Source: an uncultured beta proteobacterium
GTDB lineage: Bacteria; Pseudomonadota; Gammaproteobacteria; Burkholderiales; Burkholderiaceae_B
DNA length: 61,767 nt
NCBI GenBank assembly: GCA_903865015.1
Contig: CAIPID010000282.1
Span: forward strand, 1-61,767
Direction of reading: 5' to 3'
In this document: piece by piece, positions 21,176 to 31,186 of the stretch
Layout of the letters: every line of letters starts with the position of its first letter
Numbering within the stretch: position 1 is the stretch's first letter
Notes under the pieces: model-generated
Seen by the model: only the letters and a program-made list of their open reading frames with translations
Database searches by the model: none
What the model was told of the DNA's origin: nothing
Made by a program: the position numbers and the translations under genes

Positions 21176-22987
21176 TTATTGGCTACCGAGCCCGAGAGTT
21201 TTTTCTGGATAGCCGGCTACGTCAAAATAAGTCTCTTCACCAAGCTGTTGATATTTGAGAACAGTAACATGGCCTTGAGAATCAACATCTGAGCGTAACT
21301 CCACTGTGGTTGAGACCGGAATTTGACCGCCAGGCATGGCCTCGGTAAGAAGACGGCCCTTTAGGTTTCCATTGGATTTGATGGGGAGTTTGAGGAGCTG
21401 AGCAATCGTGATTCCAATATCAGCATTACTTGTAGGCAGGGTATCAACATAATGATATTTAAAACTTGGCCCAATAGCTCCCATGATGTTCATCGTGTCT
21501 GCCCTCGAAAAGCTACCGTGCATGCCTTGACCTTGTTGCAAGATGTGATCTGCTACCGTGACCCCACAGGCGGTAGGATCTTGGCAGCCTTGGCTGTAGC
21601 TGGTGAAATTAACTACGATATCAGGTGTCGGGATCACAGCCGAACCAATCATGCCGATCGAAGACATCGGGAGTGTGCCAGCAAATCTGCCTAGTCGATC
21701 ATTCACAAAAATTCCGCTCGTGTAGTCCTCGCTTGAAAGGATGCTGATAATCTTGCTGACTAAATGAGTATTCGCAGAGGGGACATAGAGTAAATCCGAG
21801 CCTCCATTAGCTGCCACAATTACTTCAGCTTGATTAGAGTTTGCACCAAGAGTCGCATTTCCTTTCAAGGACGTGCTACCTGGCAAAACAAGTGCGTTAT
21901 GGTTATCGGGGTCATAGAGGTTCATGGATAATGCGTTCGCCAGATCTTTACCTACAAAACCTGGAGGTAATAAGCCGTTCACGACATTTGGATATTGCAT
22001 CTGAGCAGCATGACTCGTTTTACTTTGCTTGGATATAGTGGAGAAACCATGATCGGAAGTGAGGATGATGTCCGTTGTACCTTCCAAGCCGAGGTCATGG
22101 ACTGCCTGCCGAATAGCAGCCAAATTATTATCTGCATTTTTGACGGCAGCCATACTGGTGGGGCCATTAATTCCCGGACTTAACTCATTCAAGCTATCTC
22201 CTTGGAAATGTTGTGAACCATCAGGATCTCTCGACCAAAAAACCATCACAAAGGGTTTATTTTTTTGTTTGAACGACGGCAGAATAGCTTTTGTCGTGAC
22301 ATCTATGAAATATTGTTGCTGCACTTTGTTCGCGACGGTGGTGCCAGGGGTGAAATTGTTCCCTGATTGGCCATTTAATTCTCGCGTCGGGGCAATAGTC
22401 GCTAAGCCTAAAGCCGTCAGTCGTTCTTTTAAGTCGGGTGACAGTGCAATACCACCTCGACCGGTTGAGTCATCAATAATGAATGATTCTGTGCCATTTC
22501 TTGCTGTGTGATCAAACATTAAAGTGGGGCCAAGTTTCCCTACTGCAGCGGTTTGAAATCCTTGTTTACGTGCGGCAGCCAAAATAGTTTCTTCATTTAA
22601 ATAGTCGCCGTTAAAAAGAGAATCCAGTTCTCCTAATATGTCATCATTTTCGATCATTGGTGTGACAGAATCATTGGCTGATTTAATACCTTTTTTTGTA
22701 TAAATGGTGTTGCTAAAGATGCCGTGATCTCCAATCCCATGCCCTGTGCTGATGGAGGCGGCATTCGCCATTGTGAATGAGGGAAAGATTGAGTGTGAGT
22801 TGCTAAAACGAACGCCGTTAGTCAATAACTTCGTCATTGCCGGTGCGGTAGTTTGATTCACTACTCCTGGTCTTAAACCGTCAGCAACAAATAGAATAAT
22901 GTTGTGTTGAGCTTGTTGAGCGTAGGAGCTCACAGAGACAAAAAGCACTAATCCAACGCTAGCTATTGATCGAAATAAATGACACAT
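21176..22987 (-). CDS. exported alkaline phosphatase superfamily protein (nucleotide pyrophosphatase/phosphodiesterase-like)
   Basis: VADG, FPSFTMAN (Thr nucleophile), DPDGSQH, SDHG, MHG; signal peptide. Confidence 0.88.
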   Translation of the reverse strand: MCHLFRSIASVGLVLFVSVSSYAQQAQHNIILFVADGLRPGVVNQTTAPAMTKLLTNGVRFSNSHSIFPSFTMANAASISTGHGIGDHGIFSNTIYTKKGIKSANDSVTPMIENDDILGELDSLFNGDYLNEETILAAARKQGFQTAAVGKLGPTLMFDHTARNGTESFIIDDSTGRGGIALSPDLKERLTALGLATIAPTRELNGQSGNNFTPGTTVANKVQQQYFIDVTTKAILPSFKQKNKPFVMVFWSRDPDGSQHFQGDSLNELSPGINGPTSMAAVKNADNNLAAIRQAVHDLGLEGTTDIILTSDHGFSTISKQSKTSHAAQMQYPNVVNGLLPPGFVGKDLANALSMNLYDPDNHNALVLPGSTSLKGNATLGANSNQAEVIVAANGGSDLLYVPSANTHLVSKIISILSSEDYTSGIFVNDRLGRFAGTLPMSSIGMIGSAVIPTPDIVVNFTSYSQGCQDPTACGVTVADHILQQGQGMHGSFSRADTMNIMGAIGPSFKYHYVDTLPTSNADIGITIAQLLKLPIKSNGNLKGRLLTEAMPGGQIPVSTTVELRSDVDSQGHVTVLKYQQLGEETYFDVAGYPEKTLGLGSQ

Positions 22988-23016
22988 GGAGTGCTCCGTG
23001 CTGTAGTTGTTAGTTG

Positions 23017-23040
23017 AAAAAGCCCCGCAGAGCGGGGCTT
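23017..23040 (-). terminator. intrinsic terminator after the alcohol dehydrogenase gene
   Basis: Minus strand AAGCCCCGC-TCT-GCGGGGCTTTTT. Confidence 0.8.
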
Positions 23041-23079
23041 AGTCTTGCTGGTGCGTCTAAAGAGCTAAATTAATATGTT

Positions 23080-24141
23080 CTACGCAGTCAACACCGCACG
23101 ACCCGTCACTTTGCCTTCGCGCAACGATGTGAGCACCTTGTCTGCATCGGCCAGCGGATGCTTGTGAACAGGGATAGGTGCGATCTTGCCAGACTTGACC
23201 AGCTCCATCAGATCGCGCATCTCTTGGAGTGAGCCGGTGTAGCTGCCAAGGATCTGCAAGGCTTTCATCGGAATGAAAGCGATCGGCCAGGGGGCCGCTC
23301 CACCAAATAAACCAACGATCACGAGCTTGCCGCCTTTGATGAGTACGTCGAAGGCAAGGCCAGTAGTAGACGGGGCGCCGACCAGATCGATGACGGCTTG
23401 GAGCATCTTGCCACCATTGGCTTTGATGATCTGTTGTGCCGCATCAGGTGCCGCACCGTCGATGGCTGCGAGCGCACCGGCGTCGAGTGCCGCCTGACGT
23501 TTCGCGGGATCGATGTCGACGACGATGGCGCCCGCGCCACCCTGTGCTTTGACCAGCGCCAGACACATCAGGCCCAGACCACCTGCGCCCATGATGACGA
23601 CAGGATGTTTCTGAAATGTCTTGGCACCGACTTTATTCAAGGCGCTGTAAGTCGTGATGCCCGAGCAGGCATAGGGGGCGATTTCGGCCGGGTCCAGATC
23701 GCCGATATCCAGCAGGTATTTAGCATCAGGCACGAGGAGATGATCGGCATAGCCGCCGTCACGATGCACACCCAGGTATTGCGGTGCGGCGCAATGGTTG
23801 TCGAGATGGTCTTCAACGCAGGCAGGACACTTGCCACAACCGATCCAGGGGTAGACCAGATAATTTTTACCAAGCGTGACGCCACGTGCCTCAGGGCCCA
23901 TCGCGACAGCAGTACCTGCTGTCTCGTGCCCCATGGTCATTGGCAACTTGATGCCGCGATCTTTTAGTGAGAGCGTGCGACCATTGCCTAGGTCGTAGCC
24001 ACCTTCCCAGAAATGGATGTCACTGTGACAGACGCCCGCCGCGCGGACTTCAACCAGGACTTCTTTACCGGTTGGGGTTGGCGTGGGTTGCTCTACGAGT
24101 TTGAGTGCGGATTTAAAATCAACGACGCAATAGCATTTCAT
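23080..24141 (-). CDS. zinc-dependent alcohol dehydrogenase (MDR family)
   Basis: GVCHSD, GHE, CGKCPAC...C, GAGGLG. Confidence 0.93.
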   Translation of the reverse strand: MKCYCVVDFKSALKLVEQPTPTPTGKEVLVEVRAAGVCHSDIHFWEGGYDLGNGRTLSLKDRGIKLPMTMGHETAGTAVAMGPEARGVTLGKNYLVYPWIGCGKCPACVEDHLDNHCAAPQYLGVHRDGGYADHLLVPDAKYLLDIGDLDPAEIAPYACSGITTYSALNKVGAKTFQKHPVVIMGAGGLGLMCLALVKAQGGAGAIVVDIDPAKRQAALDAGALAAIDGAAPDAAQQIIKANGGKMLQAVIDLVGAPSTTGLAFDVLIKGGKLVIVGLFGGAAPWPIAFIPMKALQILGSYTGSLQEMRDLMELVKSGKIAPIPVHKHPLADADKVLTSLREGKVTGRAVLTA

Positions 24142-24180
24142 GGATATGTGCTCCGAGTAGTTTTTTGAGTGTCTTTCTAA

Positions 24181-25743
24181 TTACATCACCAGTTCGATCA
24201 GGCGTGGACCTTTTTCTTTTACGGCAATTTTCAGCTCTTTAGCGAGACCTTCCAGTGTTGTGACTTGCGCGCCTGGCACGCCATGGCCTTTAGCGATCGC
24301 GACAAAATCCAGATAAGGACCATCGAGATCCAGCATGCGCGCTGCACTGATGCCGGGTGCTGGGCCACCCATATTGGCGAGCTCGCCGCGCAGGATCTTA
24401 TAGGTACGGTTGGCACAGATGACGACGGTCACATCAAGCTGCTCGCGTGCCATGGTCCATAGCGATTGAATGGTGTACATGGAGCTGCCGTCACCAATGA
24501 CGGCGACGACTTTACGGTCTGGGCAGGCGATCGCGGCACCGACGGCTGCGGGCAGGCCAAAGCCGATTGAGCCGCCTGTAATGTCGATTTGATCGTGCGC
24601 AGCGGCTTGAGGCAGAAATTTGCCGAATTGGCGGCCCGAGGTGACTGCCTCGTCGATCATGATGCCGTTCTCCGGCATGCATGCGGCAATCACAATCCCT
24701 AGGTTGTCAGCCGTGGCAGCGCCTGTTGGCATGTCTGTAATAATTGGTCCGTTAGAAAACTGTGCGGGTGCTGTGTTTTGCGCACCCAGAGCATCCACAA
24801 GTGCCTGGAGCGTGGCTTCGATATCATGGGTGAGCGTGGCCAGCTGATGCACTTCGCAATCGGGTTGCTTGATCATGCGCGGTTTGTCTGGATAGGCAAA
24901 GAATGCCACAGGATTGGCGCTACCGATCAGCACCAGATGCTTGGTGTCTTTCAGCATTTCTACAGCGCCCAGCACAGGAAAGGGGAGCGCGTCGACATTG
25001 ACACGACCGCGGCCGCGTTCCATGCGTGGATTGCGTGGCTCGGACGCCAGCTTGCAGCCCGTGAATGTAGCGATCTTTCCTGCCAGCAATGTTGATTTAG
25101 CACGCAATGCAGCACCGCCAAGCAGCAGAGTGGTTTGCGCGGCAACGCTGCGATTGGACAGCAACTTTGCCATCGCGACGATCGACTCTGCGAGAGGAGC
25201 CGCAGCTGTTTGTGCTGGCGCGGTTGAATAGTGCCCTGGGTCGGAGGCTTCCCAGGCACAGTTGGCGGGGAGGACCAGCGTGGCGATTCGGCCAGGGGTG
25301 CTGCGAGCCTGTGAGATGGCCTCTGCTGTATCCAGAGGCGCTGCGGTCGCTGACATGGTTGTCTTGACCCAGTTTGACATGGGTCGTGCGACCGCTTCAA
25401 CATCGGAATTCAGCGGCGCATTGTTGTGAATATGGTCTAGCGCATGCTGCCCGACGATGTTCACAATGCCTGAATACGCACGTTTAGCGTTATGCAGGTT
25501 AGCCAGACCGTTGCCCAAGCCTGGTCCTAGATGTAACAAGGTCGCTGCAGGTTTTTCCGCCATACGGTAGTAGCCGTCGGCAGCTCCTGTCACAACGCCC
25601 TCAAATAAACCCAGTACGCAGCGCATCTTGGGTGCGCGGTCCAGCGCGGAGACGAAATGCATCTCAGACGTGCCAGGATTGGCAAAACATACATCGACAT
25701 CGCCTGCAAGCAGGGTGTGGACCATTGCTTCTGAACCGTTCAT
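24181..25743 (-). CDS. ThDP-dependent enzyme (acetolactate synthase large subunit/decarboxylase-like)
   Basis: ANPGTSE, LFEG, GDGSSMY...N ThDP motif; no small-subunit gene nearby. Confidence 0.88.
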   Translation of the reverse strand: MNGSEAMVHTLLAGDVDVCFANPGTSEMHFVSALDRAPKMRCVLGLFEGVVTGAADGYYRMAEKPAATLLHLGPGLGNGLANLHNAKRAYSGIVNIVGQHALDHIHNNAPLNSDVEAVARPMSNWVKTTMSATAAPLDTAEAISQARSTPGRIATLVLPANCAWEASDPGHYSTAPAQTAAAPLAESIVAMAKLLSNRSVAAQTTLLLGGAALRAKSTLLAGKIATFTGCKLASEPRNPRMERGRGRVNVDALPFPVLGAVEMLKDTKHLVLIGSANPVAFFAYPDKPRMIKQPDCEVHQLATLTHDIEATLQALVDALGAQNTAPAQFSNGPIITDMPTGAATADNLGIVIAACMPENGIMIDEAVTSGRQFGKFLPQAAAHDQIDITGGSIGFGLPAAVGAAIACPDRKVVAVIGDGSSMYTIQSLWTMAREQLDVTVVICANRTYKILRGELANMGGPAPGISAARMLDLDGPYLDFVAIAKGHGVPGAQVTTLEGLAKELKIAVKEKGPRLIELVM

Positions 25744-26916
25744 TTAGATAGCTCCTGTTTTAGTTTTCATGGTTTCGCGTGCGATCACAACTTGCTGGAT
25801 TTCGGTCGCACCTTCATAAATACGTAATGCTCTGATTTCACGATACAACATTTCCATTGGATGACCTTGTTTTACACCCAAACCGCCGTGGAGTTGTACA
25901 CAGCGATCAATAATGCGTTGAGCGGACTCTGTGCCAAACATTTTAGCCATGGCGGCCGAGCGGGTCGTGCGTTTTTGCAGGATATCGCGCTCCCAGGCTG
26001 CGCGGTAGACCAGCAGCGTCGCCGCATCGATCTCGGTACACATGTCACCAATTGCAGCCTGCGTGATTTGCAAGTCGCCTAGCGTACCTCCAAACATCTG
26101 GCGGTTTACTGAGCGGTCTATGCCCATATCGAGTGCGGCTTCTGCAAAACCAAGTGCTGCGGCGCCCACTGAGGCCCGGAATACGTCGAGGTTTTGCATA
26201 GCGACTTTAAAACCTTTGCCAGGCTCTCCCAGGCGTTGCGACACAGGGATCTCACAGTCGGTGAAGGTCAGCGTACCAATCGGATGCGGCGCGCAGAGAT
26301 TAAATCGATCCGTGACTTTCAGGCCGGGCGTGTTGGCATCAACCACAAAGGCGGTTACGCCATCGACCTCATCATTTTCTGTACGGGCGAATACCGTATA
26401 AAAATCTGCGATGTCAGCATTGGAAATCCAGGTTTTAACTCCATTGATCCGGTAGCCGTCTTTGGTGCGCGTGGCACGTGTCGTCATCGCTGCGGCATCC
26501 GAGCCCGCGTTGGGCTCCGATAAAGCAAAGGCGGCCAGCATTTTTCCGGAGGCGACGTGCGGGAGATATTTTTGTTTTAAATGCTCCGAGCCAAATAATG
26601 AAATCGGGCCACTGCCCAAGCCTTGCAGTACAAAAGCAAAGTCGGCTAAGCCATCGTAATAACCCAGCGTCTGGCGCAGCAGGCAAAGGCTGCGTGAATC
26701 CAGGCCGGGTAATGCGCCACCATATTCGGCGGGCACGCAATAACGCAACCAGCCTGCATCGCCGAGCAGCTTGACGAGCTCCTGGCAACGTTTATCAACG
26801 CTGCCTTCGTGGATGCGGCTGTGTAAATTCGCAAGCGACCAGGTGTGCAGATCTTCGTGAAGTTGACGATGTGCATCATCAAAAAAAGGTAACAACATTG
26901 AATCGGGATTAAACAT
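25744..26916 (-). CDS. acyl-CoA dehydrogenase
   Basis: FALSEPNAGSD, NGVKTWISN, QLHGG, IYEGATE. Confidence 0.93.
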   Translation of the reverse strand: MFNPDSMLLPFFDDAHRQLHEDLHTWSLANLHSRIHEGSVDKRCQELVKLLGDAGWLRYCVPAEYGGALPGLDSRSLCLLRQTLGYYDGLADFAFVLQGLGSGPISLFGSEHLKQKYLPHVASGKMLAAFALSEPNAGSDAAAMTTRATRTKDGYRINGVKTWISNADIADFYTVFARTENDEVDGVTAFVVDANTPGLKVTDRFNLCAPHPIGTLTFTDCEIPVSQRLGEPGKGFKVAMQNLDVFRASVGAAALGFAEAALDMGIDRSVNRQMFGGTLGDLQITQAAIGDMCTEIDAATLLVYRAAWERDILQKRTTRSAAMAKMFGTESAQRIIDRCVQLHGGLGVKQGHPMEMLYREIRALRIYEGATEIQQVVIARETMKTKTGAI

Positions 26917-26927
26917 ATTAATGATCC

Positions 26928-27674
26928 TTATGTATTCAGCAAATCGAATTTCATTTGAACGTAGCGAGTAGGAATTTCGAGTCGCGCAAAGTAAATCACG
27001 CGATTTTTGATGCAGGCGAATCTTCTGATTTCGGCAACGGGTGCGGATAAAGGCAAATGCAGTGCCTCGGCTGAGTCTGCACCGGCTTCGATAATGGTTA
27101 GCAGCTGCCCCGCGTGCGTTAATTCTTTACCATGTAGCTCGTCCAGAATGGGCGCAACGGTGGCATTGCGAAAGCGTGTGGGATGCTGTCGATAAATTTC
27201 ACGGTCGAGGTAGACCTCTGTATAGCAAAATGGGCCCGAAGATGTTGTGTGGATACGCCTGAGGTATTGGAAACTACCCTCCTTGCTATAAGGGCAATCC
27301 ATACCGAGAGATGCCGGCAGGTGCATGTCAGCAGTGGCCTCCATAATGGTCGTGGTGCCCAGTGCGCTGGAGAGTGCCACCGTCTCAGCCCAGTTCTTGG
27401 GGAGCGTGAGCTTGAATGTTTCGGGTAATTCATCATTAACGTAAGTACCCGAACCGCGCGAGCGATGAATCAGTCCCTCGCGCTCGAGGATGCCAAAGGC
27501 CTGCCTGACCGTTGCACGTGAGACGCCCAAGGTTTCGACCAGCGACTCCAGTGGTGGGACTTGTTCGCTGGGTGGCCAGATCCCGCGCTGGATATTGCGA
27601 CGAAAGATCGTTGCCACTTGCAAATAAAGTGGCTGAGGGCTGCGTGAATAGAGCAAACCGGCTGAAGGGTTCAT
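26928..27674 (-). CDS. GntR-family regulator (HutC/UTRA type)
   Basis: PLYLQV, LGVSRATVRQA, GSGTYV; UTRA-like C-terminus. Confidence 0.9.
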   Translation of the reverse strand: MNPSAGLLYSRSPQPLYLQVATIFRRNIQRGIWPPSEQVPPLESLVETLGVSRATVRQAFGILEREGLIHRSRGSGTYVNDELPETFKLTLPKNWAETVALSSALGTTTIMEATADMHLPASLGMDCPYSKEGSFQYLRRIHTTSSGPFCYTEVYLDREIYRQHPTRFRNATVAPILDELHGKELTHAGQLLTIIEAGADSAEALHLPLSAPVAEIRRFACIKNRVIYFARLEIPTRYVQMKFDLLNT

Positions 27675-29281
27675 GCGTGTTCGGCCACAAGCTTGTCGGC
27701 CATCTCTCTCATTTTGTTTTTTTGAATTTTGACTGCGTTCGCGCTTTCAATGGAAGGAAATGCGGTGAGCACTTCGAAACGAACCGGTACTTTAAAGGCC
27801 GCCATGCGCCGCTTGCACTCTGCTGCCCAGCTCTGTGGGTCGGCCGTGGCACCATCATGCAGAATCACAAAAGCGACAGGTAATATTTTGGTCCCTAATG
27901 TTGCGCCAACCACTTGGCAAGCTTTGATGCCAGGCAGGGTTTCGATCGCTTGTTCGATTTCGATAGGATTGACCAGGAATCCAGACAAACGCATCGAATC
28001 CCCCATGCGCGCCTGAAACACAAATTGTCTGTCACTGACGGTGTAGCCAAGGTCGCCAGTTTTAAAGTATCCATCTGCCGAAATTGCCTTTGCAGTGGCC
28101 TCTGGATTATCCAGATATCCATGCATGCGACTCGGTGAGTTGATTTCAATCTCCCCTGACTCACCATGCGCGAGGATGGCGCCTGTCTCGGGGTCGGATA
28201 CACGCACGCGCGCCTCGGGGTGAATCAGTCGGCCACCCGCCATGTAGCGCAAGCTCATATCCCCTTCAGAAGCTTGCGTGGGTTGTGCCGCAACCAGTGC
28301 TTGCAATTCGCTTGAGCCGTATAAGCCCGTCAAGGGCAGACCGTTACGCTCGGCCTGCTCCAGCAGGTTGGTAATCGCGGGTGAAAAATTTGCAAAACCA
28401 AAGAGCTTGCAACTCTCGAAGTCTTTCCGAGACTCTGCTGCCTCCAGCACTTTGAGGATCGACTCGTTGTTTGCATAGGTGTGTGAAACCTGGTGGCGTC
28501 GAATTTGTTCGAGTGTGCTTTGGGTGTCGGTGACAGGTTCGCAGACGACCGTGCTGCCTGTCACCAGGCCGCCAAGTAAGGTACAGAAACCAAATGCGCC
28601 GCAAAAGGGCGCGCTCGCAAAGATACGGCTCGTCTCGTTATAGCCATACGCGACTTTCATACCGTCGCCATGCGCGAGCAAACTCACATGGTCGTGCAGC
28701 ACAAATTTAGGTAGCGAGGTGGTGCCAGAGGTTGTGAAACACAACACACCTGCATTGCCGTGTGGTGCAGGGACGTCGCATGGCGTATTGAGTAACTGTT
28801 CAAAAGAATGCACAGACTGTCCGCGTGCAGCGATCGCGGCAATGGCTGGACTTTGGCTGTCGCCAAGTGTGATCACACCGCGCAGTCGCTCCATGACGCC
28901 CGCATCCACATCGGCTAGGATTTCAGCAAAAGCGATCCCTTTGAAATCAGGCCACATCACGAGCCAGTCGGCTTTGCCGCGACCAATGATATCTGCCACC
29001 TCTTTGCTGCGAAATCGCGTGTTGACGGCAAGTACCGTCGCGCCCAGATGCGCGCAGGCAAGGAAAGTCTCGACCCACTCCAGACAATTAGGTAACCAGA
29101 TAGCGACCCGGTCGCCCGCCTTTATTCCTAGTTTTGCAAGATTGCCTGCCAATTGACGCGACTGCGTATTGAGTTGACTGAATGTGGTGCTGACGTGGCG
29201 GTCGATCAGAGCAGGGTGTTGGGCATGGGAGATTGCGAGACTCGCCATACGCTCGGCAAAAAATCTAGGCTGTATCGTCAT
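27671..29281 (-). CDS. AMP-binding acyl-CoA synthetase
   Basis: TTSGTTSLPK, YGSSE, FKTGDLG. Confidence 0.9.
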   Translation of the reverse strand: MTIQPRFFAERMASLAISHAQHPALIDRHVSTTFSQLNTQSRQLAGNLAKLGIKAGDRVAIWLPNCLEWVETFLACAHLGATVLAVNTRFRSKEVADIIGRGKADWLVMWPDFKGIAFAEILADVDAGVMERLRGVITLGDSQSPAIAAIAARGQSVHSFEQLLNTPCDVPAPHGNAGVLCFTTSGTTSLPKFVLHDHVSLLAHGDGMKVAYGYNETSRIFASAPFCGAFGFCTLLGGLVTGSTVVCEPVTDTQSTLEQIRRHQVSHTYANNESILKVLEAAESRKDFESCKLFGFANFSPAITNLLEQAERNGLPLTGLYGSSELQALVAAQPTQASEGDMSLRYMAGGRLIHPEARVRVSDPETGAILAHGESGEIEINSPSRMHGYLDNPEATAKAISADGYFKTGDLGYTVSDRQFVFQARMGDSMRLSGFLVNPIEIEQAIETLPGIKACQVVGATLGTKILPVAFVILHDGATADPQSWAAECKRRMAAFKVPVRFEVLTAFPSIESANAVKIQKNKMREMADKLVAEHA

Positions 29282-29364
29282 AAAAAAATTCCGGAAAACA
29301 GAGGGCTATCAGAGTGGTTATGGACAGTTGCGGTGTGCTATTGTTTAATTCAGAATATCACTAT

Positions 29365-29409
29365 AGTACTAATTTACGTACTTTATAAGAAAAGTACTCT
29401 ATAAGAAAA
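29365..29409. promoter_or_regulatory. probable operator repeats in the divergent promoter
   Basis: GTACTTTATAAGAAAA / GTACTCTATAAGAAAA tandem (29378-29409); GTACTTT-N6-AAAGTAC inverted repeat; third GTACT at 29366. Confidence 0.55.
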
Positions 29410-29447
29410 ACCAAATGGCGCATCAGTGATCGCCGTCAGGAGAGCAA

Positions 29448-30449
29448 ATGAAACATAGACGCTTTGTATTGAATGTGCTGCTTGCCTCGGCAGCAATCTC
29501 CAGTGCAGCATTGCCAGTGAGTCGTGCGCTGGCGCAGGATTTTCCAACACGCCCTCTGACCCTCGTTGTGCCTTACCCTGCTGCGGGTGCTGCAGATATG
29601 TTTGGGCGCTCCATGGCGTTGGCGCTCGAAGAGGCATTCAAGCAAACGGTTGTGGTTGAAAATCGCCCGGGGGCGGGCGGCAACGTTGGGATGACCTATG
29701 TTTCCCGCGCGAAGCCTGATGGCTACACCATCGGACTCGGTACGATTGGTACACAAACGATTAATCAGTTTATCTATCCTGCAATGCAGTTTGATCCCGA
29801 AATGGATCTGCAGCCTATTGCGCTTGTTTCAACCACGCCGAACTCTTTGGCGGTTGCTGCAACCTCGCCCTGGAAAACGCTGCAGGATGTGATCGATGCT
29901 GCGCGTAAGGCTAATGCGCAAGATAAAAAACTGACCTATGGCACACCAGGAATCGGCTCATCGGTCCACCTGACGGGCGCCTATTTTGAGGCGATGACTG
30001 GCGTGGAGTTATTGCATATTCCTTTTAAAGGAGTGTCTGGTTCGTTGCCTGCCTTAATCGGTGGTCAGATCGACTTGTTGTTTGATAATTTGCCCGGTTC
30101 AATTAATCAGATTAATGAAGGCACACGGATTCGCGGAATCGCAGTGACCTCGGCGCAGCGTAGTCCGTTGGCCCCTAACCTGCCGACTTTTGATGAGTCA
30201 GGCGTCAAAGGGTTTGATGTGACGGCCTGGTTTGCAATTTATGCACCAAAGGGTACGCCACAGCCGATTATGGATAAATTGATTGCAGCCGCCAGAGAGG
30301 GTCTGAAATCTCAGAAACTTGTTGCACAGTACCAAAAAATGGCCGCTACACCAGGGAATTTGTTTGGTGCGGACTTGGCCGCATTTGAAAAATCCGAGCG
30401 CCAGAAATGGGGCAAACTTGTTCATGACCGGGAGATCAAAGCAGAATGA
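29448..30449 (+). CDS. Bug/TctC solute receptor (possible Tat signal)
   Basis: RRFVL leader, PYPAAGAAD, ENRPGAGG, IPFKG. Confidence 0.92.
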   Translation: MKHRRFVLNVLLASAAISSAALPVSRALAQDFPTRPLTLVVPYPAAGAADMFGRSMALALEEAFKQTVVVENRPGAGGNVGMTYVSRAKPDGYTIGLGTIGTQTINQFIYPAMQFDPEMDLQPIALVSTTPNSLAVAATSPWKTLQDVIDAARKANAQDKKLTYGTPGIGSSVHLTGAYFEAMTGVELLHIPFKGVSGSLPALIGGQIDLLFDNLPGSINQINEGTRIRGIAVTSAQRSPLAPNLPTFDESGVKGFDVTAWFAIYAPKGTPQPIMDKLIAAAREGLKSQKLVAQYQKMAATPGNLFGADLAAFEKSERQKWGKLVHDREIKAE

Positions 30450-31168
30450 AAGGCGCAACCGCATTAGTTACTGGGGGCAGTCGCGGCATTGGCCGTGCTG
30501 TGGTGCAACGTTTGTTGGCTGATGGCTACGAGGTCATCAACTTTAGCCGCACCGCACCAAAGGAAATCCTCCCTGGAGAGATTTTTGAATCCGTCGATCT
30601 TGGCAACGCCAAACGGACCCGCGAAGCCGCGATGGACTGGGCTGCCAAGAAAGATATTCTCAATCTGGTCAATAACGCTGGCATGATTCATGTTGGTAAG
30701 ATTGAGGACATTACGCTCGAGCAAATCGACGATATGGTGGCACTCAATATGGTTGCGCCGCTGCTTTTATTGCAAGCAGTGCTGCCCGCGATGCGTGCGC
30801 ATAAGTTTGGTCGGGTCGTTAATATCGGCAGTCGCGCAGGTTTGGGTAAATCGGGCCGTACTGGCTACGGCGGCACCAAAGCCGGCCTGGCCGGTATGAC
30901 ACGGACCTGGGCGCTTGAGACTGCGACGCAGGGCATTACGGTCAATGCGATTGCGCCAGGTCCGATTGAGACCGAGTTGTTTACTGCATCGAATCATCCT
31001 GATGCCCCCCAGACCATCAAAATCCGCGAATCGATTCCGGTTGGCCGTTTTGGTACGCCTGACGAGGTTGCACACGCAGTCTGCATGTTTATGGACAAAC
31101 GCGCGGGATTTATAACTGGCCAATTGCTTTATGTGTGTGGCGGCATGTCGGTCGGTCTGACCGGTTAA
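30446..31168 (+). CDS. SDR family oxidoreductase
   Basis: TGGSRGIG, NNAG, YGGTK. Confidence 0.92.
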   Translation: MKGATALVTGGSRGIGRAVVQRLLADGYEVINFSRTAPKEILPGEIFESVDLGNAKRTREAAMDWAAKKDILNLVNNAGMIHVGKIEDITLEQIDDMVALNMVAPLLLLQAVLPAMRAHKFGRVVNIGSRAGLGKSGRTGYGGTKAGLAGMTRTWALETATQGITVNAIAPGPIETELFTASNHPDAPQTIKIRESIPVGRFGTPDEVAHAVCMFMDKRAGFITGQLLYVCGGMSVGLTG

Positions 31169-31186
31169 CTCAATCAAGGGTGTCGG

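Noticed and set aside
24181-25743. Biosynthetic acetolactate synthase (ilvB/ilvI)
   Set aside because: No small subunit or ilvC is nearby, the protein is shorter, and the context is catabolic; no gene symbol assigned.
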